Shown here: positions 1 through 13,100 of the stretch, in pieces
Numbering within the stretch: position 1 is the first letter of the stretch
Layout of the letters: each line of letters starts with the position of its first letter
From: Macrostomum hystrix
Taxonomy: Eukaryota; Animalia; Platyhelminthes
Length of the DNA: 64,000 nucleotides
Direction: 5' to 3'
NCBI GenBank assembly: GCA_950097015.1
Contig: CATNEN010000003.1
Location: 13,330,001-13,394,000, forward strand
Notes under the pieces: generated by a model
Database searches by the model: none
Seen by the model: the letters and a program-made list of their open reading frames with translations, nothing else
Told to the model about the DNA's origin: nothing
Made by a program: the position numbers and the translations under genes

Positions 1-770
1 ACATATTGTATTTTAATTATAAAGAAGTTTAAATTATCCGTCCATTTTTCCTCTATTGCGTCACTTAACTTTTTGCATACAAAATTTTTTATGGCATCAA
101 AATATAGTGTCACAAAAAAACTTATAATTGAACGACTACCAATGCACTACCCATAAAAACTTAATGTCTCGTATTTAAAGTTTTTTAATTCAGCTAAAAA
201 CTCACAATAGCCTACTATGAGTAGAGAACTGTGAGTTTCTAAATCGAATATTATTGCTATATGTAAAAGGCTCGTAGATTGTCCATCCACCGATGCCTAA
301 AGCTTAATTCCCAAGTTGATCGTAAAAGCTGCGTTGTGTCGACGATATCTCAAACGGAAAGGAAGCTGTTGTGACAGTCTTCCTTCCTTCATCGGAGCTG
401 CAACGCCTGTTAAAGGAATTGGAAAGAAATCCACGATCGACTTCAATAAGCAATTCCTTCACAATATTATTGATTTCGTGTGCTTCGATATTCATGAATA
501 ATTTTGCTCACCAGAAAAAGAAACATAAATTTCCTGCTTCCCTAGTCGCGCCGCTTTTGTGTCATATGTTAACGGAAATTGAAGCGAACCGTTAATTTCT
601 GCTTTCCGCGAATAGCTCTTTCGACATCAAGCAAGAATTTCAACACTTGTTTGCAACTGCTTTCCCAAATGATAGAAGACAGTTTTTCTTGAGTAAAAAG
701 CCGGGTTTCTTCTTTTGTGATAAAGCATACGGCTTTTTTGTATATTTTTTACTGAGTATGTGATGTGTTT

Positions 771-850
771 CAGCCCAGTGGTATAAGCTCAAAGATCAGG
801 AGTTCGATTCCCAATTGCACTGAAACTATTTGTGTCCTTTTATACGAGTA
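771..850 (+). mobile_element. tRNA-derived SINE head (degenerate)
   Basis: A-box-like AGCCCAGTGGTATAAG and B-box GGAGTTCGATTCCC, followed by TTTGTGTCCTTT, which is shared with the 30.1-kb copy. Confidence 0.5.
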
Positions 851-1626
851 GCAACATGCTTTACTCTGGTTAAATTGTTACCAGCATTAGCTGGGTTTAT
901 TGAGGGTGGGTGTGGCGTTCCCCCAGTCCATGGACAGATAAACAGATAAATATTTTGAAAATTAAATGTTGTAAACGAAGAAAAATCTATTAAATCGAAA
1001 CAAGTTGTTTCGCTATTAAAGTATATTTGCACTGATTTCTCGGCATGCAGAAATAACAAAATTTCAAAGAAAAAAGAAATCTTATTGAAAGTGTTTCATT
1101 TTGGACAGTTTAAAGCAATTTTTAGTCAGTGAAGCAAAGTGATTGGTCAAGCACAGAACTGGGCAAAATACACGAACAGCTGTGGAGCGCTCAAGTAAAA
1201 AAACAAAGCGAAGAAATGGATTGTGTACATGATATTCATGTGTGCTCAAAACTAATTGAGATACGAAAAATGGATGTTTTGTGTACAAGTTTATTTTTTC
1301 TTGGAGCTTTTGCATGGTATCTATATGACAGACTTATTTCATCTGAAACCCATTAACATAAGTTTCGCCACTTTAGTCTCCGTTTTCTGCCCTTCTTTCC
1401 GTTTTTTCTCTCTCATTCTCTTTCCCTTCCTCGTTTCTGATTGGTCGCCACCTCACACCAACTGCTGAACATTCTTATTCCATAACCCTCTGTCTGTTCA
1501 AATTCAGAGATAGCATTCATTTCTCTCTCCCTCTCGCGTCTCTGATTGGCTCACTGTTCGCTTCTCTTAGCCTCCAACCCCCCTCCATAGTTCTTGTTAT
1601 CTATAAATATACTTTTTTAACTTCAA

Positions 1627-1670
1627 GTCGTAAATGAGGTCTCTTACTGCGAAGACATATTTTTTGCTTA
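1627..1670 (+). other. Degenerate spliced-leader (SL) exon-like sequence
   Basis: GTCGTAAATGAGGTCTCTTACTGCGAAGACATATTTTTTGC resembles the Macrostomum SL as I recall it (GCCGTAAAGACGGTCTCTTACTGCGAAGACTCAATTTATTGCATG), with a 19-nt identical core. Not database-verified. Confidence 0.6.
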
Positions 1671-1813
1671 ATAATTTTTTATGGTGCCAGAATGATTTGA
1701 TTAAGCAGACATCAAAGCTCATAAATCCCTATTTTTTACTTTGTAAAAACATGAAAATCAGAGAAAGTTGGGAATTTTTCGTAAAGAAAACTATTTTTTT
1801 TGTTCACTTGCCC

Positions 1814-4800
1814 TCACGAAGACAGCCTCGTAGAACTGATCGCCAGGGCAGCCGCCGCCAGTGACGTCAGCACTGACAGTTTCGCGGAGCCACCAGCCGA
1901 ATTACAACCGTCAGTTTTGCAGGTGAGAATACAGCCGTACATCATGACGCCCTGCCATTTAATCTTCTGCAATGGCCCGCAATGATTACTGCGACCAATC
2001 TCGGTGTTGTCAGAGTTGCCACCGTTGTCAACTACGCAGGTGCGAATCACGGTCCGGCTTTGATCGTTGGCTGCGATGCGGTTTGTTTAAAATGGAAATA
2101 TTCATTATTTGTGCATCATATAGTGAGAATTTCTGCTCGAAAAAACGTACTCACGATTTTGCAGTTTGATTTTGATGCATTCGGTGGCTGGAAAAAGCCC
2201 GGTCCTGCTCATTCGCGCCGCCTGACAGTTGGAATTGAAGAAGCCGCCAACGTTGCCAAACGTGTCCTCGCACAACGGCGTCGAGTTGTTGATCGACGTA
2301 CAGACGAAGCAGCCGAGACTGTTTACTGTGTGTTTATTACAAATTTCGAGCATTTTTGTGAACAGAGAAAAGACCTTTTTGGCCTTGAGCTTGTAACCTT
2401 AAAGGAAGATACCTTAAGAAGTCTTTGTTTGTGTGATTTTTTTCTCTTTATGACCTTGAATTTATCCATTAAATTTGGTGTGCTATATAATCGTAGTATG
2501 AGAGCGACCTTGGGAATCACCCCATATTCTATTGGCTAAGCAAAGCGCGTGGCTATTGGCCCACAGCCTATCACGTGAGTATCGCTTCGTCACATAATGT
2601 AATTGATGTACGAGCCGTAGATTTTGTGCGTAGACTATTTTTAGCATTTGACCTTGAACCAAAACACACTAAAGAAACACGCCGACAGTTCGTGTCATTC
2701 AACAGTGACCTAGAAAGTAGAAAACCTAATAATAAAGAATCCGATTATTCTACGAGCTAACTGCAGAACATATTTTCCTCTTTCAGGTCTGACTCTCTAG
2801 TTTCCAAGACTGCTTCTTGACGACTGTCTAAGCGGCCTACAGAAAGCTCTATTTCCATCAATAGCCATCAATTGGTATTCAGATTTGCAGCTGGACTAGT
2901 GGACTAGTGCTGAAGCAGGCTTCAATCTCCCCTCTAGGACATATTTTTTTGCAAGTGCTTCAATTCCTACTTGACTTTTTTGCAACTCGTGGTTGAATTC
3001 AGATTTTAATTGGCCAATTAAGGTCCGACCATCTGCTGTGTTATTACAGAAGGAAAATCTATTTTGTCTTTTCTGTCAAGCAGTTGTCACGCTTCTCTGA
3101 AATCTTAGCAATCCTTCCTAATCTAAGCCCTAGTCATTTATTACTTTTTTTAAAGTCGTTTCAATCGAAAGAAAAAATCTCTTACCACTTCCTTCCCGTT
3201 TCACACAGCAGACTTAAAAATCCTAGATGCTAAAAATACACTGAGGACACTGAAGTATAGAAGACTCTGTAGACACTGAAGACACTGAAGACACTGAAGA
3301 CACTGAAGATAATGAAGACACTGAAGACACTGAAGACACTAGCTGAAGACACTAAAGACCCTGAAGACACTGAAGACACTGAAGACACTGAAGACACTAA
3401 AGACCCTGAAGACACTGAAGACACTGAAGACACTGAAGACACTGAAGACCCTGAAGACACTGACGACACAGAGATAATGAAGGGAGACACTAAAGACACT
3501 GAAGACACTGAAGACACTAAAGACCCTGAAGACACTGACGACACAGAGATAATGAAGGGAGACACTAAAGACACTGAGGATATTTAGGCAATTTAGTGCT
3601 AAAGAGTGTTAATGGTCAAAGTACATCGTCGCCTAACTTAACTAAGTTGGGTTCACTTTCGTGCAAACTTGTAGACTAATTTCAAAAGCGTGCGTTAGTC
3701 GCGTTAGGATTATACAGTGTAACAAATCTATATAGGGGACACATCTTGTATTGGGGATTTGGTTTCTATTAGGACCCCTCAGCCTTTACCTCGCTCCTTT
3801 TTGTTTCCTTCTGCTAATCACTCTCTGCTGCTTTATCTAGTCCTAAGCATCAGCAACAGTCACAGACTTGGTACAGGTTGGTGGAGTTTCGTATCTGCCT
3901 ACGTACAAAGGTTAGAGGTTTCTTAAGAGGTTAAGGAAGGAAGCTCGTGTCTTTTCGTTTACTGTTTCTTAAGGAGAAGTTTTTTCAACGCCTTGTAAAA
4001 AATTATCTTTTTTCTGTGAAGACAAAACGAATCTGAATCTCATACTGAATCTCATACTGAATCTCAAACTGAATCTCATACTGAATCTCATACTGAATCT
4101 CATACTGAACCTCATACTGAATCTCATACTGAATCTTAAACTGAATTTCATACTGAATCTCATACTGAATCTCATACTGAATCTCATACTGTATCTCATA
4201 CTGAATCTCATACTGAATCTCATACAGAATCTCATACTGAATCTCATACTGAATTTCATACTGAATCTTAAACTGAATCTCATACTGAATCTCATACTGA
4301 ATTTCATACTGAATCTTAAACTGAATCTCATACTGAATCTCATACTAAATCTCACACTGAATTTCATACTGAATGTCATACTGAATCTCATACTGAATCT
4401 CATACTGAATCTCATACTGAATCTCATATTAAATCTCATACTGAATCTTAAAATGAATCTCATACAGAATCTCATACTGAATCTCATACTGAATTTCATA
4501 CTGAATTTCATACTGAATCTCATACTGAATCTCATACTGAATCTCATACTGAATCTCATACTGAATCTCATACTGAATCTCATACTGAATCTCATACTGA
4601 ATCTCATACTGAATCTTAAACTGAATTTCATACTGAATCTCATACTGAATCTCATACTGAATCTCATACTGAATCTGATATTGAATCTTAAAATGAATCT
4701 CATACTGAATCTCATACTGTCTCTCTGTTGTCTCAGTCTGATTCTCATACTGTCAATAGAAGTGCAAAGTTGTATTTCATGCCAGAAAGGTTTAAATGCA

Positions 4801-7800
4801 AAGCAACTTATAGTTTTTCTAATCAAATTAACAACCAAACTAACAAATATTGATTATTCTTACTCAGTGTGTGTGTCCGCACTGCTTCTAACTGTCTTCT
4901 GATCTAAGCTAATTGCATGAGTATAGTTCTTAGTTTAGGTCTATGTCTTTGAGCTCTTTAATACAGTAGGAGGGGATTGCACATGTGCTGAATGATTACG
5001 AAATTCCCACACTTTATTTTCCCATTACACTATAATCTGGGTAACTAAAATCTCACTGTAATAAATAGATCTGTTCATCTGTCAATCAATCTGCCAGTTT
5101 TGGAGAAAGGTGAGATAGAAGGAGGGAAAGAGAGGGAGGGTGAGAGAGGGAGGTGAGAGAGGGAGGTGAGAGAGGGAGGGTGAGAGAGGGAGGTGAGAGA
5201 GGGAGGTGAGAGAGGGAGGGTGAGAGAGGGAGGTGAGAGAGGGAGGTGAGAGAGGGAGGGTGAGAGAGGGAGGTGAGAGAGGGAGGTGAGAGAGGGAGGG
5301 TGAGAGAGGGAGGTGAGAGAGGGAGGTGAGAGAGGGAGGGGGAGAGAGGGAATTGGAGAGAGAGGGAGGGTGGGGGGAGGGTGAGATAGAGTCAGGGTGA
5401 GAGAGGGAGGGTGAGAAAGGGAGGGTGAGAGAGGGAGGGTGAGAGAGAGGGAGGGTGAGAGAGGGAGGTGAGAGAAGGATTGTGAGAGAGGGTGGGTGAG
5501 AGAGAGGGAGGGTGAGATAGAAGGAGGGAAAGAGAGGGAGGGTGAGAGAGGGAGGTGAGAGAGGGAGGTGAGAGAGGGAGGGTGAGAGAGGGAGGTGAGA
5601 GAGGGAGGTGAGAGAGGGAGGGGGAGAGAGGGAATTGGAGAGAGAGGGAGGGTGGGGGGAGGGTGAGATAGAGTCAGGGTGAGAGAGGGAGGGTGAGAAA
5701 GGGAGGGTGAGAGAGGGAGGGTGAGAGAGAGGGAGGGTGAGAGAGGGAGGTGAGAGAAGGATTGTGAGAGAGGGTGGGTGAGAGAGAGGGAGGGTGAGAT
5801 AGAAGGAGGGAAAGAGAGGGAGGGTGAGAGAGGGAGGTGAGAGAGGGAGGTGAGAGAGGGAGGGTGAGAGAGGGAGGTGAGAGAGGGAGGTGAGAGAGGG
5901 AGGGTGAGAGAGGGAGGTGAGAGAGGGAGGAGAGAGAGGGAGGGTGAGAGAGGGAGGGTGAGAGAGGGAGGTGAGAGAGGGAGGGTGAGAGAGGGAGGTG
6001 AGAGAGGGAGGTGAGAGAGGGAGGGTGAGAGAGGGAGGTGAGAGAGGGAGGTGAGAGAGGGAGGGTGAGAGAGGGAGGTGAGAGAGGGAGGTGAGAGAGG
6101 GAGGGGGAGAGAGGGAATTGGAGAGAGAGGGAGGGTGGGGGGAGGGTGAGATAGAGTCAGGGTGAGAGAGGGAGGGTGAGAGAGGGAGGGTGAGAGAGAG
6201 GGAGGGTGAGAGAGGGAGGTGAGAGAAGGATTGTGAGAGAGGGTGGGTGAGAGAGAGGGAGGGTGAGATAGAAGGAGGGAAAGAGAGGGAGGGTGAGAGA
6301 GGGAGGTGAGAGAGAGGGAGGGTGAGAGAGGGTGGGTGAGAGAGAGGGAGGGTGAGATAGAAGGAGGGAAAGAGAGGGAGGGTGAGAGAGGGAGGGTGAG
6401 AGAGGGAGGGTGAGAGAGGGAGGGTGAGATAGAGGGAGGGTAATAGAGAGAAGGATTGTGAGAGAAGGATCTATCCATCTATTCCCATCATTAGCTCTAA
6501 AAATAGATTTAGAATCGATTTACTTGCAGTTCAGACATCCCTGAGTAAGTTTCACTTCCTGCTCAACCTGGCCCTTAACGCAGGCCTGACAAACATGCCC
6601 CAGTTCTCATGTTTCGTGTGCTCAAGTACCGGATCCTCCGAGCGTCCACACCCAACCTAAAATTTCTTTCAAGCATCGCAGGGCCAATAAATATCCCGGA
6701 ATCTCAACCAAAAAAATCCTTACAGACAAGCTGCTTGCAGAAGTGGTTAGGGTTTCAGCGAACAATTAAATGTAGACTGACTTCACACTGATGGACTCGG
6801 AGATGAAGGGGGTAGAGTATCGATTTTCAAACAAGCTTCGATGGCGTCGCTGAACGTGAAGGGCCTTCCCGATGTTGGTATTTAAGAATGACGTCTGACT
6901 AAAGCTGGAACATTATTTATTGACTATCTGCTTATAGAAGCAGATGGGCTGATAGTGTACTTCCATTTTATAATATATTTAGATTGAAAGTCGGTTCATT
7001 TAGTAAATTGAAGTGTTGAGAAACTTGAATTATTCATAATCTGACTAGAAAGCAAATACAGTGTCTTCAATTTTAAAAGTTTATAGAAAATATTCTGTTG
7101 TCAGCGACAGTAACTGTGCGTGCGTGAGTGTGTGTGTCTTCTTTTTAATTTCCTGTGTTTTTTCGCTTCTGAGTTAACAGGTCAATAGAAAAGTCTATCA
7201 GTATCTACCAGTAGTTAGCAGCCAATGTACCAAAAGAACTAGTACAAGGACCACTGGTGAATGGCAGAGAGAATGGCAGACAGAATGGCAGACAGAATGG
7301 CAGAGAGAATGGCAGAGAGAATGGCAGACAGAATGGCAGAGAGAATGGCAGAGAGAATGGCAGAGAGAATGGCAGACAGAATGGCAGAGAGAATGGCAGA
7401 GAGAATGGCAGACAGAATGGCAGAGAGAATGGCAGAGAGAATGGCAGAGAGAATGGCAGACAGAATGACAAACAGAATGGCAGAGAGAATGGCAGAGAGA
7501 ATGGCAGAGAGAATGGCAGACAGAATGGCAGACAGAATGGCAGAGAGAATGGCAGAGAGAATGGCAGTCAGAATGGCAGACAGAATGGCAGAGAGAATGG
7601 CAGACAGAATGGCAGAGAGAATGGCAGACAGAATGGCAGAGAGAATGGCAGAGAGAATGGCAGACAGAATGGCAGAGAGAATGGCAGAGAGAATGGCAGA
7701 CAGAATGGCAGACAGAATGGCAGAGAGAATGGCAGACAGAATGGCAGAGAGAATGGCAGACAGAATGGCAGAGAGAATGGCAGAGAGAATGGCAGACAGA

Positions 7801-8041
7801 ATGGCAGAGAGAATGGCAGAGAGAATGGCAGACAGAATGGCAGACAGAATGGCAGAGAGAATGGCAGACAGAATGGCAGAGAGAATGGCAGACAGAATGG
7901 CAGAGAGAATGGCAGAGAGAATGACAGAGAGAATGGCAGAGAGAATGGCAGACAGAATGGCAGAGAGTGGCAGACGGAACGGCAAAGAATGCTTCGCTAG
8001 TTAGATTTAAACAAAAGCTCAGACTTACCATTCGTAAGCAT
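1814..8041 (-). CDS. GPI-anchored Ly6/uPAR three-finger protein, quiver/sleepless-like (4 coding exons)
   Basis: Exons 8041-8029, 7253-7209, 2325-2155, 2070-1814, all GT-AG and phase-consistent. Spliced protein [22 protein letters not shown]|[45 protein letters not shown] followed by a hydrophobic tail. It has a signal peptide, a Cys-rich domain ending in the CxxDGCN motif and a GPI-signal-like C terminus. The two 5' micro-exons are less certain than the two 3' exons. Confidence 0.8.
3237..3582. repeat. 9-bp minisatellite (GAAGACACT)n
   Basis: Direct inspection. Confidence 0.95.
4032..4752. repeat. 12-bp minisatellite (CTGAATCTCATA)n
   Basis: Direct inspection. Confidence 0.95.
5102..6470. 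repeat. Polypurine GGGAGG(G)TGAGAGA satellite
   Basis: 13-14-bp GA-rich units with internal higher-order duplications. Confidence 0.95.
7258..7975. repeat. 12-bp minisatellite AATGGCAGA(G/C)AG
   Basis: Two alternating variants. Fills intron 1 of the Ly6 gene. Confidence 0.95.
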
Positions 8042-8794
8042 TGAAAATAATAGTAATACTGTACCTACAAGCGATGTGCCCTGTAGGAAATTAAATTTCA
8101 TACTAAATGTTTTAAAACAAGTCGTTCTTCAAGTTAAAACGTTTCGAAATAAAAAAAAATGCTTGATAGCTTATGTGCAATCTGTATAATATACATATAT
8201 AGAAGTTTAAAATCTAGCCATTTGTCCTACTCGATTCTGATTGGCTAGCTCAGTGCCGAATTAAGCGTCGAGTTTGAGGTTCCCTAAGTCAGCGCGTTTT
8301 TGTCAGCACGTGAGTAGGAACACTTGGGAAGAAAGGACGATATTATAAAAGACGAGATTCCTAAAAAATTCCCCATGTTACATTTCACTTGCTTTAGTTA
8401 CATATTTTCAATATTCCCTTGAGCTGTGTTTGATAGCTAACTGTGTACTTTCACAACTCACTTGAAGTAATTGGCATTGTTGACTCTAAGCTATAGTCAG
8501 GCACCAACTGACGACCAGGGAAAACCAGAGGGACGAGAATCAAGCAGAGAAAAAAAAGAAAAAATGCTTATAATTCCTTTAGAAATCGTCCTGCTGGACT
8601 CGCACACTGTGCAATAGTTGAGCAATGTACTCTTTAGTTCTTGTTAATTCTTGTTGAGTGAATTAACATTTTTGCGATCCCAAAATTACCTCTGATTATA
8701 AGAGTCTTTGCCCAGCTGACGTAATTAAGACACTGTTTCAGAGAAAATAGAACAACTTTGCCCATTATCTTATATCATGGAAGCTTCTGAGAAA

Positions 8795-9675
8795 ATGGAG
8801 AGACGGAGGGAGGGTGAGAGGGGCAGGGTGAGAGAGAGGGAGGTGAGCGATGGAGGGTGAGAGATGGAGGGTGAGAGATGGAGGGTGAGAGAGGGAGGGT
8901 GAGATAGATAGAGGGTGAGAGAGGGAGGGTGAGATAGATAGAGGGTGAGAGAGGGAGGGTGAGATATAGGGAGGGTGAGAGAGGGAGGGTGAGATATAGG
9001 GAGGGTGAGAGAGGGAGGGTGAGAGGGAGGTTGAGATAGAGGGAGGGTGAGAGAGGGAGGGTGAGAGGGAGGTTGATAGAGGGTGAGAGAGGGAGGGTGA
9101 GAGATAGAGGGTGAGAGAGGGAGGGTGAGAGAGGGAGGGTGAGAGAGGGAGGGTGATAGAAGGATTGTGAGAGAGGGAGGGTGAGAGATACAGGGTGAGA
9201 GAGGGAGGGTGAGAGAGGAAGGGTGATAGAGAGAAGGATTGTGAGAGAGGGAGGGTGAGAGAGGGAGGGTGAGATAGATAAGGGGTGAGAGAGGGAGGGT
9301 GAGATAGATAGAGGGTGAGAGAGGGAGGGTGATAGAAGGATTGTGAGAGAGGGAGGGTGAGAGATACAGGGTGAGAGAGGGAGGGTGAGAGAGGAAGGGT
9401 GATAGAGAGAAGGATTGTGAGAGAGGGAGGGTGAGAGAGAGGGAGGGTGAGATAGATAAGGGGTGAGAGAGGGAGGGTGAGATAGATAGTGGGTGAGAGA
9501 GGGAGGATGAGATAGAGGGAGGGTGAGAGAGGGAGGGTGAGAGAGGGAGGGTGAGATAGATAGTGGGTGAGAGAGGGAGGGTGAGAGAGAGGGAGGGTGA
9601 GAGAGGGAGGGTGAGAGAGGGAGGGTGAGAGAGAGGGAGGGTGAGAGAGAGGGTGAGAGAGGCTGAGAGGGGGAG
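8795..9675. repeat. Polypurine GGGAGGGTGAGAGA satellite, second array
   Basis: Same family and orientation as 5102-6470, including the rare AGAAGGATTGTGAG variant. Confidence 0.95.
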
Positions 9676-10171
9676 AAGTTTTTTCCAGATAAATATGCCA
9701 AAGGTTTGTTATGATTACGCTGAGTTAAGAGAGTAAACACTGAGTCAAACTGTCGAGTGTTTTCTCCGAGTCCACCAGACGCACTTCATATAAGAAAAGT
9801 AATTAGTCAGGAAGTTAGTTAAAGCACTTTGGAACGTGAACTGAATATTAATCAATTAATATAAGGGCTGGAAACAATATCAGGATTGTCACTTTGCAGC
9901 CTACTTGTGAGTAGGGAGGTGTGATTCTGCTTTAAAGAAATGAATGACTAAACATAAGATAAATATTTACAATTTACCGTGTGCCAAAGATTGACTGAAG
10001 TGTTTGTTAATATGAAGTAAAAAAATTCAATATCAATATAGAAATTATCTTCACAAAACCGGTTTTAAAAAGGAGTGTGATGAAATCAATGGATCGCCTT
10101 ATGTAGATACTCGTATTTATGTACAAAGATTGCTTCATCAGTGAGGTAAAGACCAATTGTACTTTTTGTCG

Positions 10172-13100
10172 TTATCGAACAACCCGTCGAACCTTCTTAG
10201 TGGACTCCAGCGCGCTCTGATCAATGCCGAACGCAGCGGCCAATTTTTTGTGCCAACCCTCCGGCGCAAATGTGAGGAAAAATGCTACTACTATAAGTAG
10301 CACACCGGCCATCACCATTGCTGAGAAGTCGCCAAATTGGCCGCCACCGTCTAGAGCGCCGAATCGTTGAGTTTTGAGCCAGACAACCTGAACAACTGGA
10401 GGATTCGGTTGCGGGTTGGCTTATCTCTAAATGTATTTTTGCCCTTGAATTTACATAGGTTTGAATGCACATTGGATTGAATGTACATTGGTTTGAATGT
10501 ACATTGGTTTGAATGTACATTGGTTTGAATGTACATCGGTTTGAATATATGTTTTTTTATACGAGTACGAGCATACATTAGCTCGACTTAAAAAAGTTGC
10601 ATGCACATTTGATAATTATATTAGTTAAATCAGCTTTTTGCCGGAAGTCGCAAAGCCTTACCGAAATCCAAAACGACAGCGGTGAGCAGACCAAGGCTCA
10701 CAAACATCTGATTGGTTAGAAAATTGCCCAGATTAAGCAGCAGGAAGGTCAGCGAGTTACAGACAGCCGCGCCGAACACAAACGGCCAAGGCGTTGAGGC
10801 GTTGATGCTGGGCTCAACATTAAAGAACACCGACAGCAATAAAACAAATGGCCACAATGTGAGGAGGGTGCTCACGCCTATGGGATTGGGAGCAGTTGCC
10901 AAGTGTATAAAATTTGCAGACAATTATGAATCCCTAGTTATACAAAAACTCGCTCTAAAATCCGAATAGTATTAGACGTTATACGAATCCTTTTTATCAA
11001 GTAGAATCTAGTGAATCTCATGAAATCACATGCCACTAATCACTTCAAAGAGCACTCCATGGAATCCATCGAAAGTACAGTCCCGGGAATCCATAGAAAG
11101 TACACTTCCGGAAATCCATCGAAAGTACAGTCCCGGGAATCCATAGAAAGTACACTTCCGGAAATCCATCGAAAGTACAGTCCCGGGAATCCATAGAAAG
11201 TACACTCCCGGAAATCCATAGAAAGTACACTCCCGAGGATCCATCAAGAGTACATTGCTGGAAATCCCGGAATAGTACACTCCACTGTCTGCATCGGAAA
11301 ATCCTTGTTTGATAAACATTAGTGGAATCCAAAATTTATTTAAAACTCCACAGCAAAGTTTACAGGAATAAACTAAAAAGACATGCCGTCTCGGTTCTTC
11401 AAAACGAAAAATTCAAACTCACCAACAACAGACAGAACTAGCAGTACTTGGCCGAGATGTGGAATGTAGTTGACAAGGTTTCGATCCATGACGGTCTGAA
11501 AATTAATTTCACACAGGAACAATAAATTCCTAACGTTTCTACTGAAGTTAGTAGTTAAGTGCGAAAATATATACTTTCTTTTAACTTTACCCGAAAAACA
11601 GCGAATCCACCGCCAGAAACAGCGCCTAAAACTTTCAGCCACATGCTACTCCGGTTTGAGTAGATCTGCAGAATGAGACCGCTGCTGCCTAGTAGGAATG
11701 CGACAATCTGTGAAATGTGAGATTAAGACAGACGATATGTATTGAAAACAGTAACAATATGTCAACATGTTACTTAAATTCTAAATTTCTGTTTGTTTCT
11801 AACAGCAGATTACCGTGTCTAACAGAAGATTAGCGTGTCTAACAGAAGATTAGCGTGTCTAACAGAAGATTAGCGTGTCTAACAGAAGATTAGCGTCTCT
11901 AACAGAAGATTAGCGTGTCTTCCAGAAGATTAGCGTGTCTAACAGAAGATTATTGTGTCTAACAGAAGATTAGCGTGTCTAACAGAAGATTAGCGTGTCT
12001 TCCAGAAGATTAGCGTGTCTAACAGAAGATTAGCGTGTCTAACAGAAGATTAGCGTGTCTAACAGAATATTAGCGTGTCTAACAGAAGATTATCGTGTCT
12101 AACATAAGATTATTGTGTCTAACAGAATAATATCGAGTCTAAAAGAAGATTATCGCGATTAGCAGATAACATATAATAATAAATTTTAGTTTTGGCCTTC
12201 AATAACTATAAGAGGCTTATGTATAATAAGTTTCAATAAATCCTTATAGCCAAAAGCAGCAAATTTTAAATAAGGTTAGCCGGAAAGACGTAATCAATAT
12301 TCCCCCACTACAAATTTAGTTTGCCACACGCGCAAGCACTGAAAAGTTAAATCGATAGTCAAACTTGTTGACATTAGCAACATAAGCAGCTTTATAGCGC
12401 GCGTATCAAAATGGTTGCTGTGTGTTTAGGCAATCACCTGGAAACACAGCACTTTATTAAATGCTGCTTCATCTACTCCATAGAGTCACATTGGGATGTA
12501 GAAAGAGACTATATGACAGTGAGACAGTGAGACAGTGAGACAGTGAGACAGTGAGACTGTGAGACATTGAGACATTGAGACAGTGAGACAGTGAGACAGT
12601 GAGACAGTGAGACAGTGAGACAGTGAGACTGTGAGACATTGAGACATTGAGACAGTGAGACAGTGAGACAGTGAGACAGTGAGACAGTGAGACAGTGAGA
12701 CAGTGAGACAGTGAGACAGTGAGACAGTGAGACTTGTGAGACTGTGAGACTGTGAGACAGTGAGACAGTGAGACAGTGAGACAGTGAGACTGTGAGACAG
12801 TGAGACAGTGAGACAGTAAAACAGTGAGACAGTGAGACTTGTGAGACTGTGAGACAGTGAGACTTGTGAGACTGTGAGACAGTGAGACAGTGAGACTGTG
12901 AGACAGTGAGACAGTGAGACAGTGAGACAGTGAGACAGTGAGACAGTGAGACAGTGAGACAGTGAGACAGTGAGACAGTGAGACAGTGAGACAGTGAGAC
13001 TGTGAGACAGTGAGACAGTGAGACAGTGAGACAGTGAGACAGTGAGACAGTGAGACAGTGAGACAGTGAGACAGTGAGACAGTGAGACAGTGAGACAGTG

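Noticed and set aside
1982-2539. 185-aa + strand ORF
   Set aside because: Antisense shadow of the Ly6-like exons.
3230-9740. Low-complexity ORFs (EDT, MRFS, SHPPSL, MAER)
   Set aside because: Tandem-repeat translations inside introns or upstream of the Ly6-like gene.
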